A stretch of DNA of 50,414 nucleotides from a virus (lineage: Duplodnaviria; Heunggongvirae; Uroviricota; Caudoviricetes), in the IMG/VR virus record IMGVR_UViG_2718217859_000006, one strand, 5' to 3'. Shown here in pieces: positions 19,000-28,310 of the stretch (within the stretch, counting starts at the first letter, position 1; each line of letters starts with the position of its first letter). Both the position numbers and the translations under genes were made by a program. The notes beneath the pieces are model-generated. The model did no database searches. It was not told the DNA's origin and saw nothing but the letters and a program-made list of their open reading frames with translations.

Positions 19000-19230
19000 A
19001 TGAAAAAAATCATAGTTTTTTTTAACTCTGAACCAGCAGTGGTAGTGCCAGCGATGACTGGAGTTAACACCATCATGCGTGAATATCCAAATGGCGAAAA
19101 AACACACCTTACTGTAATGGCCGCAGGGTTTCCATCTCTGACCGGAGATCATAAAGTCATTTATGTAGCCGCGGATCGACATGTTACTTCAGAAGAAATT
19201 CTGGAAGCAGCAATAAGGCTCTTGAGTTGA
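19000..19230 (+). CDS. Hypothetical small protein
   Basis: 76 aa from ATG (MKKIIVFFNSEPAVVVPAMTG...); weak SD. Confidence 0.4.
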   Translation: MKKIIVFFNSEPAVVVPAMTGVNTIMREYPNGEKTHLTVMAAGFPSLTGDHKVIYVAADRHVTSEEILEAAIRLLS

Positions 19231-19398
19231 TTTGATGCTATTGCATTGATAATTCAGGAAAATTCTCTTTGTCTGTTTGTGTAAAATTTAGACTATCGTA
19301 TGTTGATTATTGCGATGTTTCATCTTATCTTTTACACGTTTGCACCATATAATCGACTTACTGTGTAACTGGAAAGTCATAACAGACTAAAAGAGGAA

Positions 19399-19575
19399 AT
19401 GATGAATATTGAAGACTTAAAAACAAAAGCAGAAGCAGATATTTCTGAATATATAACAAAAAAAATTATTGAACTTAAGAAAAAGACCGGGAAAGAAGTT
19501 ACCAGTATTCAGTTTACCGCACGGGAAAAAATGACGGGTCTTGAAAGCTATGATGTCAAGATTAATTTAATCTGA
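19399..19575 (+). CDS. gnsB: GnsB-like small protein (Gns family)
   Basis: Below ORF-track cutoff; hand translation MMNIEDLKTKAEADISEYITKKIIELKKKTGKEVTSIQFTAREKMTGLESYDVKINLI with AAGAGGA SD. Confidence 0.7.
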   Translation: MMNIEDLKTKAEADISEYITKKIIELKKKTGKEVTSIQFTAREKMTGLESYDVKINLI

Positions 19576-19726
19576 TGTATTCAATAATAAAATTTATCCA
19601 TAAACCTCGTTTTTACGGGGTTTTGTTATATTTGAATGGTTCCGAATATCTAAATCACAATTGTTGATGGTTTTTATTAAACCAATGCAGTCCGGCTCAG
19701 GAGTGAGAGAAGCCGGACGTTATGGT

Positions 19727-20158
19727 TTAGCGTGGTAAGATCTGTGTAGTTTTCTGGATGCTTTCAGTAATTTTCTGGATGCTTTCAGTAAATAGTAATG
19801 AGTTATCAAAGGCATAGTAATATCTTTGGTGTTCCTGGATATTTGTAACCCATCGGAAAACTCCTGCTTTAGCAAGATTTTCCCTGTATTGTTGAAATGT
19901 GATTTCTTTTGATTTCAACTTATTATAGGAGGTCTCTATAAGATGTTTGTTTCTGGAGAATTTAACATTTACAACCTTTTTGAGTCCTTTTACTAACACT
20001 ATGTTGTCGTTTTCTAACACAATGTGAATATTATCTGTGGCTAAATAGTAAATATAAAGTGAGACATTGTGACGTTTTAGCTCAGAATAAAATAATTCAC
20101 AGTTTAAATCTTTACGCACTTGATCGAATATTTCTTTAAAAATGGCAGCCTGAGCCAT
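19727..20158 (-). CDS. ydfO: YdfO-like protein
   Basis: 143 aa from the second Met (GGAAGG SD); 3' end carries a 21-bp tandem duplication. Confidence 0.7.
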   Translation of the reverse strand: MAQAAIFKEIFDQVRKDLNCELFYSELKRHNVSLYIYYLATDNIHIVLENDNIVLVKGLKKVVNVKFSRNKHLIETSYNKLKSKEITFQQYRENLAKAGVFRWVTNIQEHQRYYYAFDNSLLFTESIQKITESIQKTTQILPR

Positions 20159-20458
20159 TGGTAAACCTTCCATGTGATACGATGGCGCGTAGTTAGCATT
20201 ATCGTGTTTATTGTTTCAATCTGGTCTGACCTCTTTGTGTTTTGTTGATGATTTATGTCAAATATTAAGCCTGTTTTTAATGAATAGTGTTGATTGCGTA
20301 ACAAAATTGAGCCTTGCTGGCATCCAGGAGGGATATGCAACCGACAGATGTATGTAAGGTCGATGTACTCAAACTTTCATACTTTTCCTCTTTTATGCAG
20401 TAAGATTTGAAGTAATATTTTAACCGCTAGATGACGAGCAAACGCATGGAGCGACAAA

Positions 20459-20665
20459 ATGAATAAAGAACAATCTGCTGATGAACTCTCGTTGGATCTG
20501 ATTCGTGTAAAAAATATGCTTAATAGCACCATTTCTATGAGTTACCCGGATGTTGTAATTGCATGTATAGAACATCAGGTGTCTCTGGAAGCATTCAGGG
20601 CAATTGAGGCAGCGTTGGTGAAGCACGATAAGAATTCGAAGGATTATTCCCTGGTGGTTGACTGA
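20459..20665 (+). CDS. ynfO: YnfO-like small protein
   Basis: 68-aa ORF in the ynfO position, between ydfO and the cos/terminase region. Confidence 0.5.
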   Translation: MNKEQSADELSLDLIRVKNMLNSTISMSYPDVVIACIEHQVSLEAFRAIEAALVKHDKNSKDYSLVVD

Positions 20666-21037
20666 GCACCATAACTGCTAATCATTCAAACTATTTCACC
20701 TGTGACAGAGTCAATATCGCATTCTGTCACTGTCAGGCTAATACAGAGCTGCAATTCAACTACTGCAATGTCCTCGTAATTAGGTGAATTTACAATATCG
20801 TCCTGTTCGGATGCCGGTTGCATTGCTGAAGATGAGGCATTTATGGTTCGCATATTTTCCCCTCATGCTCGTCAGTCCTGTGCGTAGGAAGAAACAGGAC
20901 ACTCACACTAATTTGTGTGGGCATGCTGTGATGTCCTTCTGAATTATTCCTATGCCATTATGTAAAGCGCTGTATCAGATGCTCATCACGGCTGTCAGGC
21001 TGTCAGGCTGTCGGGTCCTCCCGGTGGGGGCCCCTGC

Positions 21038-21058
21038 CACGGGGCGGGAGCGTCGCGG
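21038..21058 (+). promoter_or_regulatory. cosN-like cohesive-end site
   Basis: ACGGGGCGGGAGCGTCGCGGA is near-identical in pattern to lambda cosN (ACGGGGCGGCGACCTCGCGGG, as recalled) and lies about 200 bp upstream of the small terminase gene once the IS is subtracted. Confidence 0.6.
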
Positions 21059-21170
21059 AAAAAGGCTAGTTTTTGCATTTCCATGGCGGCGGCAGCATGT
21101 TTGGTAATTTATTGATAATTAAAAGTTATTTCTCTTTTTGCCTGTACAATATTTTTTTCTCCCTGTCATT

Positions 21171-21178
21171 AGACCAGT
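21171..21178. repeat. Target-site duplication GACCAGTT (left copy)
   Basis: Exact 8-bp direct repeat abutting the IS left end. Confidence 0.8.
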
Positions 21179-21232
21179 TGTAACCGGCTCATTTAAACCG
21201 TCTGGTCTGTTTCCTCCGGCTCTACAAAAATA

Positions 21233-21910
21233 ATGTCCATCATTTTTAATGGACACTATCGTATGAAACACCGGACCTGGATCACTGAAGCTTTACGTCT
21301 TCACTTTGAAGAACATTTACCCCGGGTTGTGGCCGGGCGTCGCCTGGGTGTACCAAAATCAACAGTTTGTAGTATGTTCGTGCGCTTTCGGAGAGCTGGC
21401 CTTTCGTGGCCTTTGCCCGCAGGCATGTCGGAGCAGGAACTTGATGCCTGCCTTTACGGACAATTTTCCACGGTACCAGTCGTACGTCCTGAAAGCACCG
21501 TTATATCCGAAGCCCCCGTGGTAAAAAAACGTCCCCGGCGGCCCAACTTCCCTTATGAGTTTAAAATCGCCTTAGTGGAGCAGTCACTGCAGCCCGGAGC
21601 CTGTGTGGCGCAGATCGCCCGGGAAAACGGAATCAACGATAACCTGCTCTTCAACTGGCGCCATCAATACCGGAAAGGTGGCCTGCTGCCTTCCGGAAAA
21701 AATATGCCGGCACTGCTTCCCGTGACGTTAACGCCGGAGCCGGATAATAAAATCCCGGCCCCCGCACAGGAACCAGAGCAGATAAATACACCGTCCGACA
21801 GTCTGTGTTGTGAGCTGGTTCTGCCGGCCGGAACTCTCAGGCTTAAAGGTAAACTGACGCCGGCGTTATTACAGACACTTATCCGCGAAATAAAAGGGAG
21901 CAGCCACTGA
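21233..21910 (+). CDS. IS66-family accessory protein TnpA (orf1)
   Basis: 225-aa ORF, first of three co-oriented IS ORFs. Confidence 0.75.
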   Translation: MSIIFNGHYRMKHRTWITEALRLHFEEHLPRVVAGRRLGVPKSTVCSMFVRFRRAGLSWPLPAGMSEQELDACLYGQFSTVPVVRPESTVISEAPVVKKRPRRPNFPYEFKIALVEQSLQPGACVAQIARENGINDNLLFNWRHQYRKGGLLPSGKNMPALLPVTLTPEPDNKIPAPAQEPEQINTPSDSLCCELVLPAGTLRLKGKLTPALLQTLIREIKGSSH

Positions 21911-22257
21911 TGATATCTCTCCCTGCAGGTTCGCGTATCTGGCTGGTTGCAGGTATCACCGATATGCGAAATGGCTTTAACGGCCTGGCATCAAAAGTTC
22001 AGAACGTCCTGAAGGATGACCCGTTCTCCGGACACCTGTTCATCTTCCGCGGACGCCGGGGTGACCAGATAAAAGTGTTGTGGGCTGACAGTGACGGACT
22101 GTGCCTCTTCACCAAACGCCTGGAGCGGGGCCGCTTCGTCTGGCCAGTCACCCGTGACGGCAAGGTGCACCTTACTCCGGCTCAGTTATCCATGCTTCTT
22201 GAAGGTATCAACTGGAAGCACCCGAAACGAACGGAACGCGCTGGAATCCGCATATAA
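21910..22257 (+). CDS. IS66-family TnpB (orf2)
   Basis: 115 aa MISLPAGSRIWLVAGITDMRNGFNGLA...; start overlaps orf1 stop (ATGA). Confidence 0.85.
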   Translation: MISLPAGSRIWLVAGITDMRNGFNGLASKVQNVLKDDPFSGHLFIFRGRRGDQIKVLWADSDGLCLFTKRLERGRFVWPVTRDGKVHLTPAQLSMLLEGINWKHPKRTERAGIRI

Positions 22258-22276
22258 CCCGTTGTAAAGTGAGGAT

Positions 22277-23848
22277 ATGGACACCTCACTTGCTCATGAG
22301 AACGCCCGCCTGCGGGCACTGTTGCAGACGCAACAGGACACCATCCGCCAGATGGCTGAATACAACCGCCTGCTCTCACAGCGGGTGGCGGCTTATGCTT
22401 CCGAAATCAACCGGCTGAAGGCGCTGGTTGCGAAACTGCAACGTATGCAGTTCGGTAAAAGCTCAGAAAAACTTCGTGCAAAAACCGAACGGCAGATACA
22501 GGAAGCACAGGAGCGAATCAGCGCACTTCAGGAAGAAATGGCGGAAACGCTGGGTGAGCAATATGACCCGGTACTGCCATCCGCCCTGCGCCAGTCTTCA
22601 GCCCGTAAACCGTTACCGGCCTCACTTCCCCGTGAAACCCGGGTTATCCGGCCGGAAGAGGAATGCTGTCCTGCCTGTGGTGGTGAACTCAGTTCTCTGG
22701 GATGTGATGTGTCAGAGCAACTGGAGCTTATCAGCAGCGCCTTTAAGGTTATCGAAACACAACGTCCGAAACAGGCCTGTTGCCGGTGCGACCATATCGT
22801 GCAGGCACCAGTACCTTCAAAACCCATTGCACGCAGTTATGCCGGAGCGGGGCTTCTGGCCCATGTTGTCACCGGGAAATATGCAGACCATCTGCCGTTA
22901 TACCGCCAGTCAGAAATATACCGTCGTCAGGGAGTGGAGCTGAGCCGTGCCACACTGGGGCGCTGGACAGGTGCTGTTGCTGAACTGCTGGAGCCGCTGT
23001 ATGACGTCCTGCGCCAGTATGTGCTGATGCCCGGTAAAGTCCATGCTGATGATATCCCCGTCCCGGTCCAGGAGCCGGGCAGCGGTAAAACCCGGACAGC
23101 CCGGCTGTGGGTCTACGTCCGTGATGACCGTAACGCCGGTTCACAGATGCCCCCGGCGGTCTGGTTCGCGTACAGTCCGGACCGGAAAGGTATCCATCCA
23201 CAAAATCACCTGGCCGGTTACAGCGGTGTGCTTCAGGCCGATGCTTACGGTGGTTACCGGGCGTTATACGAATCCGGCAGAATAACGGAAGCCGCGTGTA
23301 TGGCTCATGCCCGGAGAAAAATCCACGATGTGCATGCAAGAGCGCCCACCTACATCACCACGGAAGCCCTGCAGCGTATCGGTGAACTGTATGCCATCGA
23401 GGCAGAGGTCCGGGGCTGTTCAGCAGAACAGCGTCTGGCGGCAAGAAAAGCCAGAGCCGCGCCACTGATGCAGTCACTGTATGACTGGATACAGCAACAG
23501 ATGAAAACACTGTCGCGTCACTCAGATACGGCAAAAGCGTTCGCATACCTGCTGAAACAGTGGGATGCACTGAACGTGTACTGCAGTAATGGCTGGGTGG
23601 AAATCGACAACAACATCGCAGAGAACGCCTTACGGGGAGTGGCCGTAGGCCGGAAAAACTGGATGTTCGCGGGTTCCGACAGCGGTGGTGAACATGCGGC
23701 GGTGTTGTACTCGCTGATCGGCACATGCCGTCTGAACAATGTGGAGCCAGAAAAGTGGCTGCGTTACGTCATTGAACATATCCAGGACTGGCCGGCAAAC
23801 CGGGTACGCGATCTGTTGCCCTGGAAAGTTGATCTGAGCTCTCAGTAA
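22277..23848 (+). CDS. IS66-family transposase TnpC (orf3)
   Basis: 523 aa; N-terminal coiled coil, CxxC...CxxC zinc ribbon (CCPACGG, CCRCDH), DDE core. Confidence 0.9.
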   Translation: MDTSLAHENARLRALLQTQQDTIRQMAEYNRLLSQRVAAYASEINRLKALVAKLQRMQFGKSSEKLRAKTERQIQEAQERISALQEEMAETLGEQYDPVLPSALRQSSARKPLPASLPRETRVIRPEEECCPACGGELSSLGCDVSEQLELISSAFKVIETQRPKQACCRCDHIVQAPVPSKPIARSYAGAGLLAHVVTGKYADHLPLYRQSEIYRRQGVELSRATLGRWTGAVAELLEPLYDVLRQYVLMPGKVHADDIPVPVQEPGSGKTRTARLWVYVRDDRNAGSQMPPAVWFAYSPDRKGIHPQNHLAGYSGVLQADAYGGYRALYESGRITEAACMAHARRKIHDVHARAPTYITTEALQRIGELYAIEAEVRGCSAEQRLAARKARAAPLMQSLYDWIQQQMKTLSRHSDTAKAFAYLLKQWDALNVYCSNGWVEIDNNIAENALRGVAVGRKNWMFAGSDSGGEHAAVLYSLIGTCRLNNVEPEKWLRYVIEHIQDWPANRVRDLLPWKVDLSSQ

Positions 23849-23878
23849 ATATCAATACGGTTCTGACGAGTCGCTTAC

Positions 23879-23886
23879 GACCAGTT
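23879..23886. repeat. Target-site duplication GACCAGTT (right copy)
   Basis: Exact 8-bp direct repeat abutting the IS right end. Confidence 0.8.
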
Positions 23887-23944
23887 TACAATTAATTGAA
23901 ATATATAAATAAACATGATTTTCACCTGCCAGATGGAGTTGCTT

Positions 23945-24472
23945 ATGTCAAATGTGAGCGGGATCGGTGATGCTTATTACTGGAGTGTTTTTAAAATCGC
24001 TGAGGCCTTTGGGCTTCACCGGGACACAGTAAAAAAACGGCTTCTCGCGGCCAACACTCCTGTGGCTGCGACTGTCAGGGGGAACCCCGTTTACGCCCTG
24101 CAGCATGTCGGGCCAGCCCTGTTTAGTGTGAAGCATGAGGCAGCAGACTCTGTTCATGATCCATCCCGTATGGAGCCGAAAGAGAGAAAGGACTGGTACC
24201 AGTCTGAAAATGAAAGGATCAAGCTGGAAAAGGAGCAGCGAAAACTCATCCCCGTTGATGAAGTAGTCATCGTCTATTCGTCCATGAGAAAGGCTGTCGT
24301 CCAGGTTCTGGAGACAATTCCGGATGTTCTTGAACGCGATTGCGCCCTGACTCCTCAGGCCGTCGGCGTTGTACAGCAGGCAATTGATGACCTGCGATAC
24401 ACTCTTCAGGAAAAATCCTACGAGGCTTGTGCTGCTGAATTAATTCCTGATGAGGAAGGAGAGAGTCTCTAG
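23945..24472 (+). CDS. Terminase small subunit (Nu1-like)
   Basis: 175 aa from Met with GGAG SD; N-terminal HTH-like segment; immediately upstream of the large terminase. Confidence 0.8.
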   Translation: MSNVSGIGDAYYWSVFKIAEAFGLHRDTVKKRLLAANTPVAATVRGNPVYALQHVGPALFSVKHEAADSVHDPSRMEPKERKDWYQSENERIKLEKEQRKLIPVDEVVIVYSSMRKAVVQVLETIPDVLERDCALTPQAVGVVQQAIDDLRYTLQEKSYEACAAELIPDEEGESL

Positions 24473-24480
24473 GAGGAATA

Positions 24481-26580
24481 ATGGGTTTTTCATCAGCCCG
24501 AAATTTGGGAAGGGACATATCGGCAGGATTTTCCCCACCACGTCGCATGCCGATTTCGGAGGCTGTTAAAAAATTCATGCGTGTTCCCAAGGGGGCTGGT
24601 AACTCGGTGCCATGGGATCCTGAACTGACACCCTACATCATTGAGCCCATGAACTGCCTGGCATCGCGTGAATACGATGCGGTGATTTTTGTTGGTCCTG
24701 CGCGAACAGGGAAGACCATTGGTCTGATCGATGGATGGATTGTCTATACCATCGTTTGCGATCCTTCGGACATGCTCGTTGTGCAGATGACCGAAGATAA
24801 GGCCCGCGAGCATTCTAAAAAGCGCCTCGACAGAACGTTCAGAAGCAGTGCGGCGGTAAAGAAAAGAATGAGTCCACGTCGTAACGACAATAATGTCCAT
24901 GATAAGACGTTCAGGGATGGCTCGTTCCTTAAAATTGGTTGGCCCTCGGTCAACATTATGTCGTCGTCGGATTACCGGTTTGTCGCCTTAACCGATTACG
25001 ACCGTTTTCCGGAGAATATCGACAGCGAGGGTGATGGTTTCTCCCTGGCCTCAAAACGTACCACCACATTTATGTCCGCCGGGATGACTCTGGTGGAGAG
25101 CTCGCCGGGACGTGACATCTGCGACAGCAAATGGCGACGTAAGTCGCCTCATGAAGCGCCACCGACGACTGGTATTCTTTCCCTTTACAATCGTGGTGAC
25201 CGCCGCCGCTGGTACTGGTCATGTCCGCACTGCGGTGAATATTTTCAGCCAGCCATGGATGCCATGACCGGCTACCGTAATGAACCGGATCCCTTTAAAG
25301 CCAGTGAGGCGGCGTATCTACTTTGCCCGCACTGCAGCGGCATTATCACTGCGGAGAAAAAGCGTGAGCTCAATAGTGCAGGAGTCTGGTTGCGTGAAGG
25401 TCAGGTCATTGATCGTAACGGCAACGTTTCCGGTGAACCGCGCCGCTCCCGTATCGCCAGTTTCTGGATGGAAGGGCCAGCTGCTGCGTATCAGACCTGG
25501 GCGCAACTGGTTTACAAATTACTGACTGCAGAACAGGAGTATGAAGCGACAGGAAGCGAAGAAACACTCAGGGCGGTTATCAACACCGACTGGGGATTGC
25601 CTTATCTTCCTCGTGCCAGCATGGAGCAACGAAAAAGTGAACTGCTTGAGCAGCGGGCAGAGCCAGTTCCTTCCCGCAGTGTGCCGGATGGCATTAATTT
25701 CCTTGTGGCGACAGTGGATGTGCAGGCGGGACGTCATCGCCGTTTTGTGGTTCAGGTAACGGGCTATGGCAGTCGTGGCGAACGCTGGATTATTGATCGT
25801 TACAACATCACGCAGTCATTGCGCAGTGACTGCGACGGGGAGAGCCAGCGAATTGATCCGGCCAGCTATCCGGAAGACTGGGATGTCCTGCTGACGGATG
25901 TTTTTCATAAAAGCTGGCCGCTGGCCTCCGATCCTTCTCAACAAATGCGACTGATGGCAATGGCGGTGGACTCCGGCGGTGAAGACGGGGTCACTGATAA
26001 TGCCTATAAATTCTGGCGTCGTTGCCGTCGTGATGGCCTTGGTAAACGTATTTACCTGTTTAAGGGTGACAGCATCCGGCGCGCAAAACTGATCAGCCGT
26101 ACATTCCCTGATAACACCGGACGAACGGGCCGCCGGGCGCAGGCCGCAGGTGATGTGCCGCTCTGGCTTCTTCAGACGGATGCCCTGAAAGACCGGGTGA
26201 ATAACGCGTTATGGCGTGACTCGCCAGGTCCAGGCTATGTGCATTTCCCTGACTGGCTGGGGAGCTGGTTTTACGACGAACTGACGTATGAAGAGCGGAG
26301 CAGTGACGGGAAATGGAGTAAGCCGGGTCGCGGTGCCAACGAAGCTTTTGACCTGATGGTGTATGCCGAGGCTCTGGTCATTCTGCATGGATACGAAAAG
26401 ATCCGCTGGCCGGATGCACCGGAGTGGGCGAGCCGGGAAACCTGGCTGGAGTGTGTCCAGGACAGTACTGAACCGTCATCCTCACCGGAACCGGTATCCA
26501 CGCCTGTTAAAAAACAAAAACGGAAGAAAACAGTAACTGACGATGTTAACCCCTGGCTGACTTCCGGAGGATGGTTATGA
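24481..26580 (+). CDS. Terminase large subunit (gpA family)
   Basis: 699 aa; Walker A-like GPARTGKT; size and position typical of the lambda-family large terminase. Confidence 0.9.
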   Translation: MGFSSARNLGRDISAGFSPPRRMPISEAVKKFMRVPKGAGNSVPWDPELTPYIIEPMNCLASREYDAVIFVGPARTGKTIGLIDGWIVYTIVCDPSDMLVVQMTEDKAREHSKKRLDRTFRSSAAVKKRMSPRRNDNNVHDKTFRDGSFLKIGWPSVNIMSSSDYRFVALTDYDRFPENIDSEGDGFSLASKRTTTFMSAGMTLVESSPGRDICDSKWRRKSPHEAPPTTGILSLYNRGDRRRWYWSCPHCGEYFQPAMDAMTGYRNEPDPFKASEAAYLLCPHCSGIITAEKKRELNSAGVWLREGQVIDRNGNVSGEPRRSRIASFWMEGPAAAYQTWAQLVYKLLTAEQEYEATGSEETLRAVINTDWGLPYLPRASMEQRKSELLEQRAEPVPSRSVPDGINFLVATVDVQAGRHRRFVVQVTGYGSRGERWIIDRYNITQSLRSDCDGESQRIDPASYPEDWDVLLTDVFHKSWPLASDPSQQMRLMAMAVDSGGEDGVTDNAYKFWRRCRRDGLGKRIYLFKGDSIRRAKLISRTFPDNTGRTGRRAQAAGDVPLWLLQTDALKDRVNNALWRDSPGPGYVHFPDWLGSWFYDELTYEERSSDGKWSKPGRGANEAFDLMVYAEALVILHGYEKIRWPDAPEWASRETWLECVQDSTEPSSSPEPVSTPVKKQKRKKTVTDDVNPWLTSGGWL

Positions 26581-26789
26581 ACCAGAATGATATCGAAGCC
26601 ATGATTCAGCGTTATACGGAAGCTGAAATGGCGGTGCTGGACGGAAAATCCGTCACTTTTAATGGTCAGCAGATGACCATGGAAAACTTATCTGAGATCC
26701 GGCAGGGACGGCAGGAGTGGGAGCGCCGCCTTGCGGCTCTGATTACACGACGACGGGGGCATCCCGGGTACCGGCTGGCGAGGTTCTGA
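26577..26789 (+). CDS. Head-tail joining protein gpW-like
   Basis: About 70 aa; C-terminus ...ITRRRGHPGYRLARF resembles lambda W (...QRRRGPAGFYV); between terminase and portal. Confidence 0.7.
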   Translation: MNQNDIEAMIQRYTEAEMAVLDGKSVTFNGQQMTMENLSEIRQGRQEWERRLAALITRRRGHPGYRLARF

Positions 26790-28297
26790 TGGCAATTCTT
26801 GATGATGTGATTGGCGTTTTTTCACCAGGATGGAAAGCGGCAAGGCTGCGTTCCCGTGCGGTGATCCAGGCTTATGAGGCCGTAAAAACGACACGGACAC
26901 ACAAAGCCCGGCGGGAAAACCGAACTGCCGACCAGTTAAGCCAGTACGGGGCCGTGTCGTTACGTGAGCAGGCCCGTTACCTTGATAACAACCACGATCT
27001 GGTTATTGGTGTATTTGACAAGCTGGAAGAACGGGTGGTGGGGAAAAACGGGATTATTGTCGAGCCACATCCGGTATTACGCAATGGGGCCATTGCCCGT
27101 GATCTGGCAGCGGAGATACGCACCCGATGGAGTGAATGGTCTGTCAGTCCGGAAGTCACCGGGCAGTTTACCCGTCCGATGCTGGAACGTCTGATGCTGC
27201 GTACCTGGCTGCGCGATGGTGAGGTGTTTGCCCAGATGGTTTCCGGGCGCATAAACAGCCTGACGCCTTCTGCCGGTGTTCATTTCTGGCTGGAGGCGCT
27301 CGAGCCGGACTTTATTCCCATGACCAGTGATGAGAGCAACAGGCTGAATCAGGGCGTGTTTGTTGATGACTGGGGGCGTCCCGAAAAATATCTGGTGTAT
27401 AAAAGCCGTCCCGTATCCGGGCGGCAGATGGAAACCAAAGAAGTGGATGCAGAGCGAATGCTGCATCTTAAATTTGTTCGCCGTCTGCACCAGATGCGCG
27501 GGACGTCTTTGTTGTCCGGTGTGCTGATCCGCCTCAGTGCCCTGAAAGAGTATGAAGATTCTGAGCTGACTGCAGCAAGGATCGCCGCTGCTCTGGGGAT
27601 GTACATCCGGAAAGGCGACGGGCAGAGCTATGAACCGGATGGTAATGGCAGCAAGGAGAATGAACGCGAGCTTACCATTCAGCCAGGCATTATTTACGAC
27701 GATCTGAAACCCGGCGAAGAAATCGGAATGGTGAAGTCGGATCGTCCCAATCCTAACCTTGAAACTTTTCGTAATGGTCAGTTGCGTGCCGTGGCGGCGG
27801 GCAGTCGTCTGAGTTTTTCCAGTACGGCACGCAACTATAACGGCACTTACAGCGCCCAGCGTCAGGAACTGGTTGAGTCTACTGATGGCTACCTGATCCT
27901 GCAGGACTGGTTTATTGGTGCCGTCACCCGCCCGATGTATCGTGCCTGGCTGAAACAGGCTGTGGCATCCGGTGTTATCAGGCTACCCCGCGATCTTGAC
28001 CGTTCTTCACTGTATACCGCGGTGTATTCCGGACCGGTGATGCCGTGGATTGACCCTGTTAAGGAGGCTGAGGCCTGGAAAATCCAGATTCGTGGTGGAG
28101 CGGCGACAGAATCAGACTGGGTACGTGCTGGTGGTCGTAATCCGGATGATGTCAAACGTCGGCGCAAGGCCGAAATTGATGAAAACCGCAAGCTGGATCT
28201 GGTATTTGATACCGATCCGGCCAGTGATAAAGGAGGCAGCAGTGCCGCAACGAAACGACAGGAGCCGCAGCACACCGACGACCAGTCCGAAGAATAA
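26789..28297 (+). CDS. Portal protein
   Basis: 502 aa from ATG overlapping the W stop; size and position between W and the head protease. Confidence 0.85.
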   Translation: MAILDDVIGVFSPGWKAARLRSRAVIQAYEAVKTTRTHKARRENRTADQLSQYGAVSLREQARYLDNNHDLVIGVFDKLEERVVGKNGIIVEPHPVLRNGAIARDLAAEIRTRWSEWSVSPEVTGQFTRPMLERLMLRTWLRDGEVFAQMVSGRINSLTPSAGVHFWLEALEPDFIPMTSDESNRLNQGVFVDDWGRPEKYLVYKSRPVSGRQMETKEVDAERMLHLKFVRRLHQMRGTSLLSGVLIRLSALKEYEDSELTAARIAAALGMYIRKGDGQSYEPDGNGSKENERELTIQPGIIYDDLKPGEEIGMVKSDRPNPNLETFRNGQLRAVAAGSRLSFSSTARNYNGTYSAQRQELVESTDGYLILQDWFIGAVTRPMYRAWLKQAVASGVIRLPRDLDRSSLYTAVYSGPVMPWIDPVKEAEAWKIQIRGGAATESDWVRAGGRNPDDVKRRRKAEIDENRKLDLVFDTDPASDKGGSSAATKRQEPQHTDDQSEE

Positions 28298-28310
28298 TTC
28301 CTGGTTCAGG

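Larger units (their letters stand above)
21179..23878 (+). mobile_element. IS66-family insertion sequence (2.7 kb, three ORFs) with 8-bp target-site duplication
   Basis: Imperfect terminal inverted repeats beginning GTAA (GTAACCGGCTCATTTAAACCG and reverse complement GTAAGCGACTCGTCAGAACCG); identical GACCAGTT flanks at 21171-21178 and 23879-23886. Confidence 0.85.

Noticed and set aside
22428-23739. ORFs on both strands overlapping IS66 tnpC
   Set aside because: Inside the conserved transposase gene; alternative-frame artefacts.
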